A stretch of 64,000 nt of DNA, from positions 186,001-250,000 of the forward strand of contig PDIP01000010.1 of NCBI GenBank assembly GCA_002811645.1, written 5' to 3'. Under the pieces are notes generated by a model. It ran no database searches. It saw nothing but the letters and a program-made list of their open reading frames with translations, and was not told where the DNA came from. Position numbers and translations under genes: made by a program. This stretch comes from Corallochytrium limacisporum Hawaii. Its lineage: Eukaryota > Protista > Pluriformea. Numbering within the stretch: position 1 is the stretch's first letter; the number at the start of each line of letters is the position of its first letter. Positions 11,583-21,816 of the stretch are shown in pieces.

Positions 11583-14500
11583 CTACCAACTCAGTTTCTG
11601 CCCATCGTCACCACAGCCGTTGGAGGCAGCAGTGATGGGAGAGTTTGTGATGCGCCGAAGCATGGTCTTCTCGTATTTCGAGTACAGATTGATCATACCG
11701 CCACCCTGGAGCATTTTGAGCTCCACGTCGGTCATCTCGAAAGGGAACTTCTGGTTATCAATTGTCACAGTGCGGTCATGCAGGGAGATGGAAATATTAT
11801 GGCCCTCCTCGGCGAGCCAGTAGAATGTGTCATCTTTGATGACAATGCCAAGCAGGCCCATATTCGGCTGATTGCGATGGTAGATGAAAGCAAAACCGCG
11901 AGCAATGACAGCCTTGACCCCGACGCCCATCAATGCGCGGACGGCCTCCTCCCGGGAACTGCCGGAGCCGAAACCGTGACCGGCGACGATAATGCTGTGC
12001 CCTTCCTTTACGAGGTTGCGGAAGTCGGGCTTGAAGAACTGGAAGCAGTGTGTGCCCAGGTCCTCGTCGCTCTCACCAGGCATGAATTGCGCGGGGATGA
12101 TGGCGTCTGTGTCAATGTTGTCACCAAGGATCTGTGGCTTACCCACAATGGTGCTTTCAGTCGCGCCGCTTCCATCGACGGCCATGTTCTCCTTGTTCTC
12201 ATCCGTTCCGTTCGCAGCGCCATTGGCAGCAGTATCTTTGATCAGCTCGGGCTCCGGCTCAGTATACTCTATAGGACTCTTTACCGGGTTCTCGAAGATG
12301 AAGTACTTCTCAAACTTCTCCTTGTCAATTTTGTCGAGATATTTACGCGGATTCTCGATCTGCATATCGAAGGAGGAGGCACACACTGTTGCTGCACTTG
12401 CCAGGTTGCCAATCGATCCCTTACCCATGCGGTTCCGGAAGTTACGGTTCTGACTGCTCAGCCAGACCTCACCTTCACCAGCCTTATCATAGCTCACACC
12501 AACGCAGTAGCTGCAGCCAGGCGCACCTACCTCGAAGCCGGCCTTCTGGTAAATTTCCAGCAGGCCCCACTTTCGCATCTTGGCGACAATGTTCACACTG
12601 CCCGGTGTGACCCGACGCTTGCCTTCGCCTGTCGGTACGCGACCTTCCTTCATGGCAGCTTCGAGGACCAGAGCGCCGAGCACAAGGTCTTCTTCAGCGG
12701 TGGTACAGGCACCGACAAAAACACCGTCGAGTTTCTTTCCCGCCACCTTGTCCACGTGAACGACATCATCCGGGCTCGGGTACAGAGCCACGAGCGAGTC
12801 CACGTCACCGAGATCGATTGTGTACCGTTCTGCGTACTTGGCATCGTCATCGGCCTTCATATACTTGCCACCACCACGGTATTTGCCGGTCTGGCGGTTT
12901 ACAATATACTCGTGCACGACCTCGTCAGCCGGGAACACTCCGACAATGCCACCGAATTCGGTGGTCATATTGGCAATCGCAAAACGGGCATCACAAGAGA
13001 GGACATTCAAGTTACCGCCCCACTCCACTGCACGCTCAAAGGCGACAGTGTTGCGCTTAAGGTAGCCCATGACGTGGAGAATGATGTCCTTGCCGCCGAT
13101 ACCGAATGGCGGATTACCGACCAGGTCGATACGGATGGTTTCTGGCACCCGCATCCATGTCTCACCAGTGACCATTGGCATCACCACATCGGCAGCCCCA
13201 AGACCGGCGGCCCAGGCCCCCATGCTGCCCGCACTGCACGTATGGCTGTCCGCACCAATGACGATCTGACCCGGGAGCACGCGCTCACGGCAGAACTCGG
13301 TGTGCAGGATAGTCTGATTCGGGGGCTGGTATTCGGACAGGCCGGCTTCCTTGGCAAAGTTTTCGGCTTGGGTGATAAGCTTCTTCTGCTTAGGTTCGTG
13401 GTAGTTGCGTGGGTCCACAGTATGGTCGACAGCGAGCCAGAACCGGTCATTACGGAAAATCTTTGGCCTTCCCAAGGCTTCGTAGGTCTTCTCCATGCCA
13501 GGCCAAGTCAGTTCAGAGGCGAGCGTCCACTGCACCTTGAGGCAGATGACGTCACCGGGTTTGACCCAAGGGTCCTTTAAACCCACCGCATTGTGGCACA
13601 GCAGTTTTTCATTCAAATTCATAGGGATCTTTCCCGCATGTGCCATAGCAGCGGGGAGGTGTTCGATGATACGATCGGTCATCTCCGTAGTGGAAAGATG
13701 AGCCTTCGGGTCAAGGTCAGCCGTGCGATATCCTTTGGCGAGGGCCTCAAACACAGCGTTCTCGACGGCCTTGGCTTCTTCCTGCAAGCCCAGACTCAGT
13801 CGTAGTAGCATGGCGGCGCTGAGGATCGTTCCAACAGGGTTGGCAATGCCCTTGCCCGCAATGTCGGGCGCACTGCCGTGAATGGGCTCGTACAGGCCGT
13901 TCGTGCCCTGCGCAGACAGGCTCGCGCTGGGCAGCAAACCAAGAGAACCCGACAACACGGACGCTTCATCAGTGATAATGTCACCAAACAAATTCGACGT
14001 CACAATCACATCAAAGTCCTTCGGCCGCTTGATAATGTGCATGGTCGCAGCATCAATGAGCATATGCTCCAGCTCAACTTCAGGGAACTCATCCCGGATC
14101 ACACGTGTGGCAACCTGACGGAAAAGACGACTGCACGCCAGCACGTTGGCCTTGTCAATCTGCACAACCTTCTTACGGCGCTGCATAGCCAATTCACCCG
14201 CCTTGCGAACAATCCGTTCAATCTCCGGCACCGTGTACTCCATCATGTCGTACGCGTAGCCGTTCTCATCCACCTCCTGCCGCTTTCCAAAGTAGATGCC
14301 ACCGGTCAGCTCTCGCACACACACAAAGTCAACACCCGCAATGTTCTCCTCCTTCAGAGGCGACGCAGTCTCAGAGATTCCGGGGAACGCGAATGTTGGA
14401 CGAATGTTCGCAAACAGCTCCAGCTCCTTGCGCAACTTCAGCAAACCTTGCTCCGGGCGGACCTCAGACTTGGCCCACTTGGGTCCGCCAACCGCACCCA

Positions 14501-14717
14501 TGAGGATGGCATCAGCATTGCGGCAGTTGTTTAGAGTATCGTCAGACAGTGGAGAACCATGGGCATCAATTGCGCACCCACCTAGCAAATCTTTCTTGAA
14601 AGTGAATTCGTGCCCCTTCAGAACAGCAACCTCCTTCAAGACTCGAACTGCCTCTTCGGCAACTTCAGGACCGATACCGTCGCCCCCGAGGACGACGATG
14701 TTGGCTGTTGTAGGCAT
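11583..14717 (-). CDS. Fusion of 3-isopropylmalate dehydrogenase (LeuB) with aconitase-family dehydratase large (LeuC-like) and small (LeuD-like) domains
   Basis: 1044-aa uninterrupted ORF. aa 1-362: GDGIGPEV, RPEQGLLKLRK, NLFGDI, EPIHGSAPDIAGKGIANP. From aa 366: GADSHT, Fe-S cysteines GACTT and PGCSYC, NRNF. C-terminus: DNIDTDAIIPA, FGSGSSREEA. Confidence 0.93.
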   Translation of the reverse strand: MPTTANIVVLGGDGIGPEVAEEAVRVLKEVAVLKGHEFTFKKDLLGGCAIDAHGSPLSDDTLNNCRNADAILMGAVGGPKWAKSEVRPEQGLLKLRKELELFANIRPTFAFPGISETASPLKEENIAGVDFVCVRELTGGIYFGKRQEVDENGYAYDMMEYTVPEIERIVRKAGELAMQRRKKVVQIDKANVLACSRLFRQVATRVIRDEFPEVELEHMLIDAATMHIIKRPKDFDVIVTSNLFGDIITDEASVLSGSLGLLPSASLSAQGTNGLYEPIHGSAPDIAGKGIANPVGTILSAAMLLRLSLGLQEEAKAVENAVFEALAKGYRTADLDPKAHLSTTEMTDRIIEHLPAAMAHAGKIPMNLNEKLLCHNAVGLKDPWVKPGDVICLKVQWTLASELTWPGMEKTYEALGRPKIFRNDRFWLAVDHTVDPRNYHEPKQKKLITQAENFAKEAGLSEYQPPNQTILHTEFCRERVLPGQIVIGADSHTCSAGSMGAWAAGLGAADVVMPMVTGETWMRVPETIRIDLVGNPPFGIGGKDIILHVMGYLKRNTVAFERAVEWGGNLNVLSCDARFAIANMTTEFGGIVGVFPADEVVHEYIVNRQTGKYRGGGKYMKADDDAKYAERYTIDLGDVDSLVALYPSPDDVVHVDKVAGKKLDGVFVGACTTAEEDLVLGALVLEAAMKEGRVPTGEGKRRVTPGSVNIVAKMRKWGLLEIYQKAGFEVGAPGCSYCVGVSYDKAGEGEVWLSSQNRNFRNRMGKGSIGNLASAATVCASSFDMQIENPRKYLDKIDKEKFEKYFIFENPVKSPIEYTEPEPELIKDTAANGAANGTDENKENMAVDGSGATESTIVGKPQILGDNIDTDAIIPAQFMPGESDEDLGTHCFQFFKPDFRNLVKEGHSIIVAGHGFGSGSSREEAVRALMGVGVKAVIARGFAFIYHRNQPNMGLLGIVIKDDTFYWLAEEGHNISISLHDRTVTIDNQKFPFEMTDVELKMLQGGGMINLYSKYEKTMLRRITNSPITAASNGCGDDGQKLSW

Positions 14718-15940
14718 AATTCTATCCTGAGCCGAGCCAACGGATTACTTCACTTATGTGAGAGTTTGATCAAGAGACTTAGTATGTTTATGGTCGGGTT
14801 TGGTGGTGGTGTTAAATAACCTCTTGAGGCATTCGGACGTGGAAGGGTTTTTCTCCGGCTCTCATACGCCACTGCCACCGTCACTGCCCATGCAGTTGCG
14901 CCTGCCACAACGAATTTCACCCCAGATAAGCCGGTCAGCAATACATAGTGAGGGTTTAACTGTGCTTTGTAAGCTAGCGCTACCAGCAAAAAGGAAAGCG
15001 GGATTGGATTTTCCACCACCACAAAGGCTTTACAAGCCACGGATGGAGTAATCCGGATGCCATGGCCCAACGGCCGCTCAGGGAATCTTACACTTGTGAT
15101 CAGGACAATCGCAATTTCCCTCCTCTTCACCTCCTCCACCCCCACCTGCGTGCCGCTCTCCGCGCTGGCACTATCGCTTCAACCCTTCCCTCTGCTTCGC
15201 CTTTCCTCCGGTCTCCCCTCCCTCCCTCTTTCTTCCCTCTGATCGCGGAGATCAGACTTTTCCACTGCCTGCGGCTCCTGCTCTTAGGAAGTTCCGAGGT
15301 TTGGTGGTTGGTGGTTGGGTTCGAAAATGCTGACCCTCCTGCAACCCCCCTCCCCCATCGCTGGGTCTACATACCTTCCAAAAAATGGTAAGTATGCGGC
15401 GCCAACGTGTCTCCCTTGTGCGGAGACCCGGCCGGCCGGGACGGGGAAGGGTGTGTGTTTTAGTTTTCTTGTTTGGAATTATTCACTCCCCTCCCCCCCA
15501 CCAACCAACCAACACCCCTGCCTATGGGTTCCTGTCCTGTAGTTTTCGCAGCTAGTCCGCGGTGCAGCAGCAGAGCACACCAAACCCATCCGGGCTGCCA
15601 ATTACGTGTAGGGGCCTAATTATAGGATTGCTTCTCCGTCAGACCTGCCCACAGGTGGGCATCGGAGGGTTGGCACGTATGCGCAGATTGGACTGTTTTT
15701 CATATTGAGAGTTTCTATTCGATTTCGTTGTTCCTATTTCTTAACAAAGGATAAGACATGTTGAAGAGGTGTCCAGACACAGACATAGGTAGTCACAGAG
15801 TTAGAAGGAGCGATCCATTATTATACAACTCTACACCGCGGTCCATGCTCTAGCTCAAGACTCACAGTGGAGACGACTGAGACCGATGAACGCACGCCAA
15901 CATTTTCGGGTCGTATTCTCATTCAAACTGATCGACAGCC

Positions 15941-17168
15941 TCATCCACCACGGGCCATAGTGGCTTGAAGTTGTTCAATGATGCGGTCGGTCATTTCCGT
16001 AGTGGAGATGTGGGCCTTCGGGTCAAGGTCAGCCGTGCGACATCCCTTGGATAGGGTCTCAAACACAGCGTTCTCGACGGCCTTGGCTTCTTCCTGCAAG
16101 CCCAGACTCAGTCGTAGTAGCATGGCGGCGCNNNNNNNNNNNNNNNNNNNNNNNNNNNNNNNNNNNNNNNNNNNNNNNNNNNNNNNNNNNNNNNNNNNNN
16201 NNNNNNNNNNNNNNNNNNNNNNNNNNNNNNNNNNNNNNNNNNNNNNNNNNNNNNNNNNNNNNNNNNNNNNNNNNNNNNNNNNNNNNNNNNNNNNNNNNNN
16301 NNNNNNNNNNNNNNNNNNNNNNNNNNNNNNNNNNNNNNNNNNNNNNNNNNNNNNNNNNNNNNNNNNNNNNNNNNNNNNNNNNNNNNNNNNNNNNNNNNNN
16401 NNNNNNNNNNNNNNNNNNNNNNNNNNNNNNNNNNNNNNNNNNNNNNNNNNNNNNNNNNNNNNNNNNNNNNNNNNNNNNNNNNNNNNNNNNNNNNNNNNNN
16501 NNNNNNNNNNNNNNNNNNNNNNNNNNNNNNNNNNNNNNNNNNNNNNNNNNNNNNNNNNNNNNNNNNNNNNNNNNNNNNNNNNNNNNNNNNNNNNNNNNNN
16601 NNNNNNNNNNNNNNNNNNNNNNNNNNNNNNNNNNNNNNNNNNNNNNNNNNNNNNNNNNNNNNNNNNNNNNNNNNNNNNNNNNNNNNNNNNNNNNNNNNNN
16701 NNNNNNNNNNNNNNNNNNNNNNNNNNNNNNNNNNNNNNNNNNNNNNNNNNNNNNNNNNNNNNNNNNNNNNNNNNNNNNNNNNNNNNNNNNNNNNNNNNNN
16801 NNNNNNNNNNNNNNNNNNNNNNNNNNNNNNNNNNNNNNNNNNNNNNNNNNNNNNNNNNNNNNNNNNNNNNNNNNNNNNNNNNNNNNNNNNNNNNNNNNNN
16901 NNNNNNNNNNNNNNNNNNNNNNNNNNNNNNNNNNNNNNNNNNNNNNNNNNNTGAGGATGGCATCAGCATTGCGGCAGTTGTTTAGAGTATCGTCAGACAG
17001 TGGAGAACCATGGGCATCAATTGCGCACCCACCTAGCAAATCGCTCTGGAAGGTGAAAGTGTGTCCCTTGAGAGCAGCAACCTCCTTCAAGACGCGGACT
17101 CCCTGTTCGGCGACTTCGGGGCCGATGCCGTCACCGGCGAGGACAACGATATTTGCATTTGTGGACAT
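15941..17168 (-). CDS. Stand-alone 3-isopropylmalate dehydrogenase paralog (middle hidden by gap; predicted ~362 aa)
   Basis: Starts MSTNANIVVLAGDGIGPEV (ATG 17168) and ends EQLQATMARGG-stop (15941). Gap flanks are identical to the fused copy; filling with the 681-nt equivalent segment restores the frame. Confidence 0.8.
16132..16951. other. Assembly gap (820 N), probably a collapsed repeat shared with 13820-14500
   Basis: 74-nt and 91-nt flanks are identical to 13746-13819 and 14501-14591. Confidence 0.9.
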
Positions 17169-18409
17169 GATTGATGCTGAGCCAAGAGGACGTATTGCTT
17201 TACTTCCGTGATAATTGCTCACAGTTCGCTGTATCGAATGAGGTGTGTTCTGTGCTTTCTCAAATACCCCAACAAGACAAATATACACGTCTCTGGAGTT
17301 TCGCCATAAGTCAAGAGGGGCCCACCCCCCAAGACCCGCCATTGCCTGGAAGGCCAGCCCCTCACTCGCCGGACCCAAAACTAGGCACTCGATTCATTGC
17401 CCGCCAACCCCTCTTGATTCAGTTCTGCTGGCTGTTTCTACTTTCTCTGTGTTCGTTTACACGTCCAGCCCTGGCGGACAAATAACAGTCCGCTTCCTCG
17501 GAAGGAGGGCGGTTCTGGCAGTAAGGTAAGGTGCCCAGTCTTCCGACTCCGCTTGAACAAACTCAGTTCCCTGTGCTGAACCCTTTCTACACATAGTTTT
17601 CAATAGGACACTTCTGCGGTCTGTGATCTTGGAGGTGCAGGACAGAAGGGACCCACATCGAGTCCGCAAATGACCCGAGAAACTGGTTTCTTGCGCACGA
17701 AAAAAGCCAATCTAACTTTCGGACCATTTCCGTACGGTGATCCATACACAACCCCAAGCGTTTTCTTGGGGCAAGGCGTAGGGACACTTGTTGATCACTT
17801 GAGGGCTGTGTGACTGAGGAAAATTTTGGTGCAGGGCAATGGGGACAACGATCCCTCTCCTTGCATACGTGCAGGTGCAGACCCTCAGTATGGTTCGCTG
17901 CCGTCACTGGATCAACCCCACTCACAAGTCAATTTCACTAGACAATGGCAGCAGTGCTCTTTTCACCACCAGTGTGTGTGTGCGCTTTGCTGACGAAGCC
18001 TACTACCAATTCACCCCCCCCCCCCTTCTCCCTCGCTTCGACTGCGTGGTGCCAATGAAACGTGGCCGCGACGGCCGGGGATCAATTTCAAGAGCAAATT
18101 TGCGGTATAAATTAGGCCCCCGTTTAGGGTCCAGGGAGACCCGCCGGGTAGGGATGGAGCAGGGGCCCTTTTTGTTCTTTTTGCGCAAAGCGCGGGCTTG
18201 TTTTGTCTTGCGCGCTCGAAATCAGAATGATAACATACCCGTTGCCTGAAACACTATTTTGAGGTCCACAGAATTGTTGTACACGTCCAATGGTAGTGTG
18301 CAGTTACTGCGATGGATCTAGGGCAGAAGTTTATTCAGCAATAGTTGTCGAGTGCTGTGACATGTGAAGGGAACAACCAGAGCAGTCAGAAACCATTGGC
18401 CACGCGACC

Positions 18410-20068
18410 ATGGGTACCACAACAGGTCGTCCCGACGACTTTCCTCTCTGGAAAAGATATCTCCACCCGGTACCCATTTTTGCACAGTTTCTCATCTGTG
18501 GAATCATTGGCACACTTATGTCCGAAGCCTGGACATTGTGGAAGGAGAAGCATTACTGGTGGATCGTACCTCACATTGCATGGTTAACATTCGAAGCCTT
18601 CATGATACAGCTCACCTACTACCGCTCCATGGCGAAGGGACCTGGTTACATGAACAAAATTTGGCGTCCACCAAAACACAATGAAAAGCAAGTGACATTC
18701 TGCAAAATCTGCCACGTCTGGAAGGCGCCTCGCGTTCACCATTGTCGGCGGTGCGGTCGGTGTGTTTTGCGTATGGACCACCACTGTGTTTGGATCAATG
18801 ACTGTGTCGGATACCGGAATTATCGACCATTCATTGATTTTCTGCTTTGGGTTGTAGTTTCCACTACTCACGGAATGATAGCATTTTGGCTGTTGTACTC
18901 GGAGCTCAAAACAAGAAGGCGCACGTTTCTGATTGCACACCGCATGATGCTCGTGGCGGGTGCCGCGGCAATGGATACTGCGGTATTGTGCTTAGTTGCC
19001 TTCCTATTGTATGGCAATGTTGCTAATTGTCTAACGGGAGTCACAGAAATCGAAGAAGACGTTATTGATCAGGCCAACTATCATCATAAGGGCAAGGTAA
19101 GTATATGGGTTTACATCAATGGCTCGCCTCCAGTGTACTTGTATACTAACATGGGAGACTTTCTTTCCTTTTGTTTCTTTTTGCAATGCGAACCCGTGCA
19201 CGGGGAGAATCAAGCACCAACTGCTGGAATCAAACTTAAATCATTACAACTGATCGTAGCATTGTGAAGGAGTGTGCGTGTCCTAATCGTCACGTCCCTT
19301 GCAACTATGGCCAGTTTGCGCTGCCACCTTCTCTTAGCAAAGGGGAATTGTTGAATAATGGACTCCCGAACCGTTTGAGACGTTTTTCGCGCGCCACAAA
19401 CGAAGGGGTGCCCCTGTCGTCCCTGGCTAAGACTGGTGCGTGTCCGCCCAGTGGTTTCTGCTGCTTCCAGTGATTTTTTTTTTTTTGGTTGTTGAGGTTT
19501 TCCCCTATCGAGTTTTCGATTGCAAATTGAATTTATTGAGACCAATACGAAAACACAGTGGCGCTTTCCGTTCAACTTAGGCTCCTTTGGCGCAAACGCG
19601 ACGGCTTTCATGGGTCCGAACCCGTTGATGTGGTGGTGGCCAGCTTACGGGGATATGACCCGTGCGCTGAAGTTTGAGACCGTGGCCGGAACTAGTCCTT
19701 GGCAGTTAACCGAGGAAGAAATGCGGCAGAGACACGAAAGAGAGAGCACGAAGCTAATTACTAGAGCGGAGAAGGACTATAGTGGATCCCTTTTAGCTCT
19801 CAGCGAAGGTATAAGTGTAGCAATGAGGATTCCATGGGACAGTGCTGCTCGATTGAAATTTAAAGAGGGCGAGGAAGTGTGTGTAATCGCAGCAAGTGGA
19901 CCCTGGGGCTACGGTCGTTTGAAGAAGGACGGCGCGACAGGGAAGACGGGTTGGTTCCCTTTAGTCACTATCGACAAGAACTGGCAAAGCAATACGAGAG
20001 AGTCAAGGGAAAGAAAACAGCACGAGCTTGAGGCCGAAGCCCAAACTTCCAAGAAGAAGAATGCTTAA
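18410..20068 (+). CDS. ZDHHC6: DHHC palmitoyltransferase with C-terminal SH3 domain; exons 18410-19096 and 19559-20068
   Basis: CKICHVWKAPRVHHCRRCGRCVLRMDHHCVW; TEIEE; phase-0 join gives K|WRFPFNLG; SH3 signature WGYG...KTGWFP. Confidence 0.88.
19097..19558 (+). other. Spliceosomal intron (462 nt) with distal branch point and internal foldback
   Basis: GTAAGT donor at 19097; TACTAAC 19144-19150; pyrimidine tract 19159-19182; CAG acceptor at 19558 restores frame. Confidence 0.8.
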
Positions 20069-20105
20069 GTAGAGATATATAGCCCTTTACGCTTTTCACA
20101 GTATA

Positions 20106-21512
20106 ATGGCAACAGAAAATGCTCTCTTGCAGGCGGAAACAGAAAGCCCGCAAAGGTCAGTGTTGGAATCGACGACGGTAAGCCATGGAGACTTTTTCGA
20201 TCAGGTGCGAGAGATCAAAGGCATCGCAGAGGCGATCAACGAGGCCTATGCCGCGTCACAGCAATTGGTGCGCAAAGCACGGGAACCAAGCGTCCCAACA
20301 GACGGGATAGAAGCTTTTCTCAGTCCACCAGAAAATAGTGAGTACATGGATCTGCCAGTCGCCAGGGAACAATTAAACGATGGTCTCCACAGCATTGGGA
20401 CCAATACACACGGCACGAGCTTAGAATCTGACTTGGAAAGAAGGTCAACAGGACGTGCTGAAGAATCGTTACAGACTCACACTTCCAGGATCGGTATACC
20501 GCGTGCACAGGAGTCGCAGACAGACCCTGCGCAGCTCAACTTTTCACAGCTCAGTTTGGCATCCCAGATCCCAGGACAGATGCAGTCGACGCATAGTCCA
20601 GACGCAACATGTAACGTGGGCAATGGTGCCGTACTGCGGGCCCAAATTCTTCGCGAACGCAAGATCAACTCTGAGGTCGTGCAGGCACTAAAGATCGAGC
20701 TTGAAAGTGTCCAACGGTTGGCGATGGAGCGCAAAGAAGAAATCGATCGGAGGGAACGTTCCATGGCAGAGACCAAACGCGAGAAGTCAAAGATGATGAA
20801 CCAGATCCGGGCTCTGGAGAAATTTTTGAACGCAGCGCCCAAGATGGATGACTTTTTAAAGCTGCGCTCCGAACTAGACATGACTGCTGACGAGAATGTA
20901 AGGCTCAAGCGGCAAAACGCAGATCTGTCCGCACAGGTCAAGAAGTTGACCACAGTAATTGACCAACAGAATGATCGGCTGAGCTACTTGTCTGAGCAGG
21001 ATACGGAAGGGCTAAAAGGTTTGGCCAAGGAGAACTCGGATCTGTGCCTAAGGCTGGTAGCTGCAGAGAAGAAGATAAGTGAGCTCGTCGAAGAGAAGAA
21101 GATCGTCGATGCGCAATTGGCTGCGGACAACAACTACCACCGGCAACATATTCAGCGTATGGAAGAGGAGAAGGTGGTACAACAACAGGAGATGGCCGCA
21201 TTGGAATCGGAGGTGCGAACCCACCGCCAAAACAGCCAGGAACTGCAGACACTGAACCAGGAGGCGGAGCACCTAGCGCAAGAGAAAAGCCATTTGCTGA
21301 ACCTCACAGACGAAGTCAATGCATTCCTAGATGTCGTGGAGGCAATCATGGAGAATAGGGACTTTACGGAAGTCGGTGATCATACATATATGGGTGCTGG
21401 TGATCAGTTGGATATCGAGGAGCTGGTTACCCGGGTCAGCAGCACCCGCCTGCGTATTGTCAGCGAGGCGGCAGCGTACTATGCAGAGTCATCCAACTGT
21501 CAATTGCAGTGA
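20106..21512 (+). CDS. Coiled-coil protein, CEP85/CEP85L-like, ending in CxxQ
   Basis: 468 aa, long coiled coil; LEKFLNAAPKMDD and terminal YAESSNCQLQ resemble CEP85 blocks as I recall them. Confidence 0.6.
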   Translation: MATENALLQAETESPQRSVLESTTVSHGDFFDQVREIKGIAEAINEAYAASQQLVRKAREPSVPTDGIEAFLSPPENSEYMDLPVAREQLNDGLHSIGTNTHGTSLESDLERRSTGRAEESLQTHTSRIGIPRAQESQTDPAQLNFSQLSLASQIPGQMQSTHSPDATCNVGNGAVLRAQILRERKINSEVVQALKIELESVQRLAMERKEEIDRRERSMAETKREKSKMMNQIRALEKFLNAAPKMDDFLKLRSELDMTADENVRLKRQNADLSAQVKKLTTVIDQQNDRLSYLSEQDTEGLKGLAKENSDLCLRLVAAEKKISELVEEKKIVDAQLAADNNYHRQHIQRMEEEKVVQQQEMAALESEVRTHRQNSQELQTLNQEAEHLAQEKSHLLNLTDEVNAFLDVVEAIMENRDFTEVGDHTYMGAGDQLDIEELVTRVSSTRLRIVSEAAAYYAESSNCQLQ

Positions 21513-21816
21513 TTCGCAAACAACGAACTAAACGCACATGATAACATCCTATATGTTTCAAACAGAATACTCCTAAGGAGTTGTATGGAGAAAAATAAGT
21601 CATGCTTTCAAACAATGTTTTTATCACTCTTTGCAAGTCGGTGATTAAGACAATTGCTTTCAAATGTTTCGCTATGCCGATGGATAAGATTTAAATGGCA
21701 GAGATACTCTCCGCTCCCGGGAGACTGACATGGGGGAGAATTTTCACTGACCAGGTCTAGTGGATTCTGCTTCTATGTTTCTCGACTTTTTCTTTTATTC
21801 GGAACCCTATCACGAT

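Noticed and set aside
11778-13580. 600-aa plus-strand ORF
   Set aside because: Antisense shadow of the codon-biased Leu fusion gene; no recognisable motifs
14728-15374. Possible 5' UTR intron of the Leu fusion gene (minus-strand GTATGT...TACTAAG...CAG)
   Set aside because: Branch motif is non-consensus, competing AGs intervene, and no reading-frame test is possible
19405-19450. GGGTGC...GGCTAAGA resembling the start of a TPP riboswitch
   Set aside because: CTGAGA is imperfect and the downstream ATACC...GAACCTGAT core is missing
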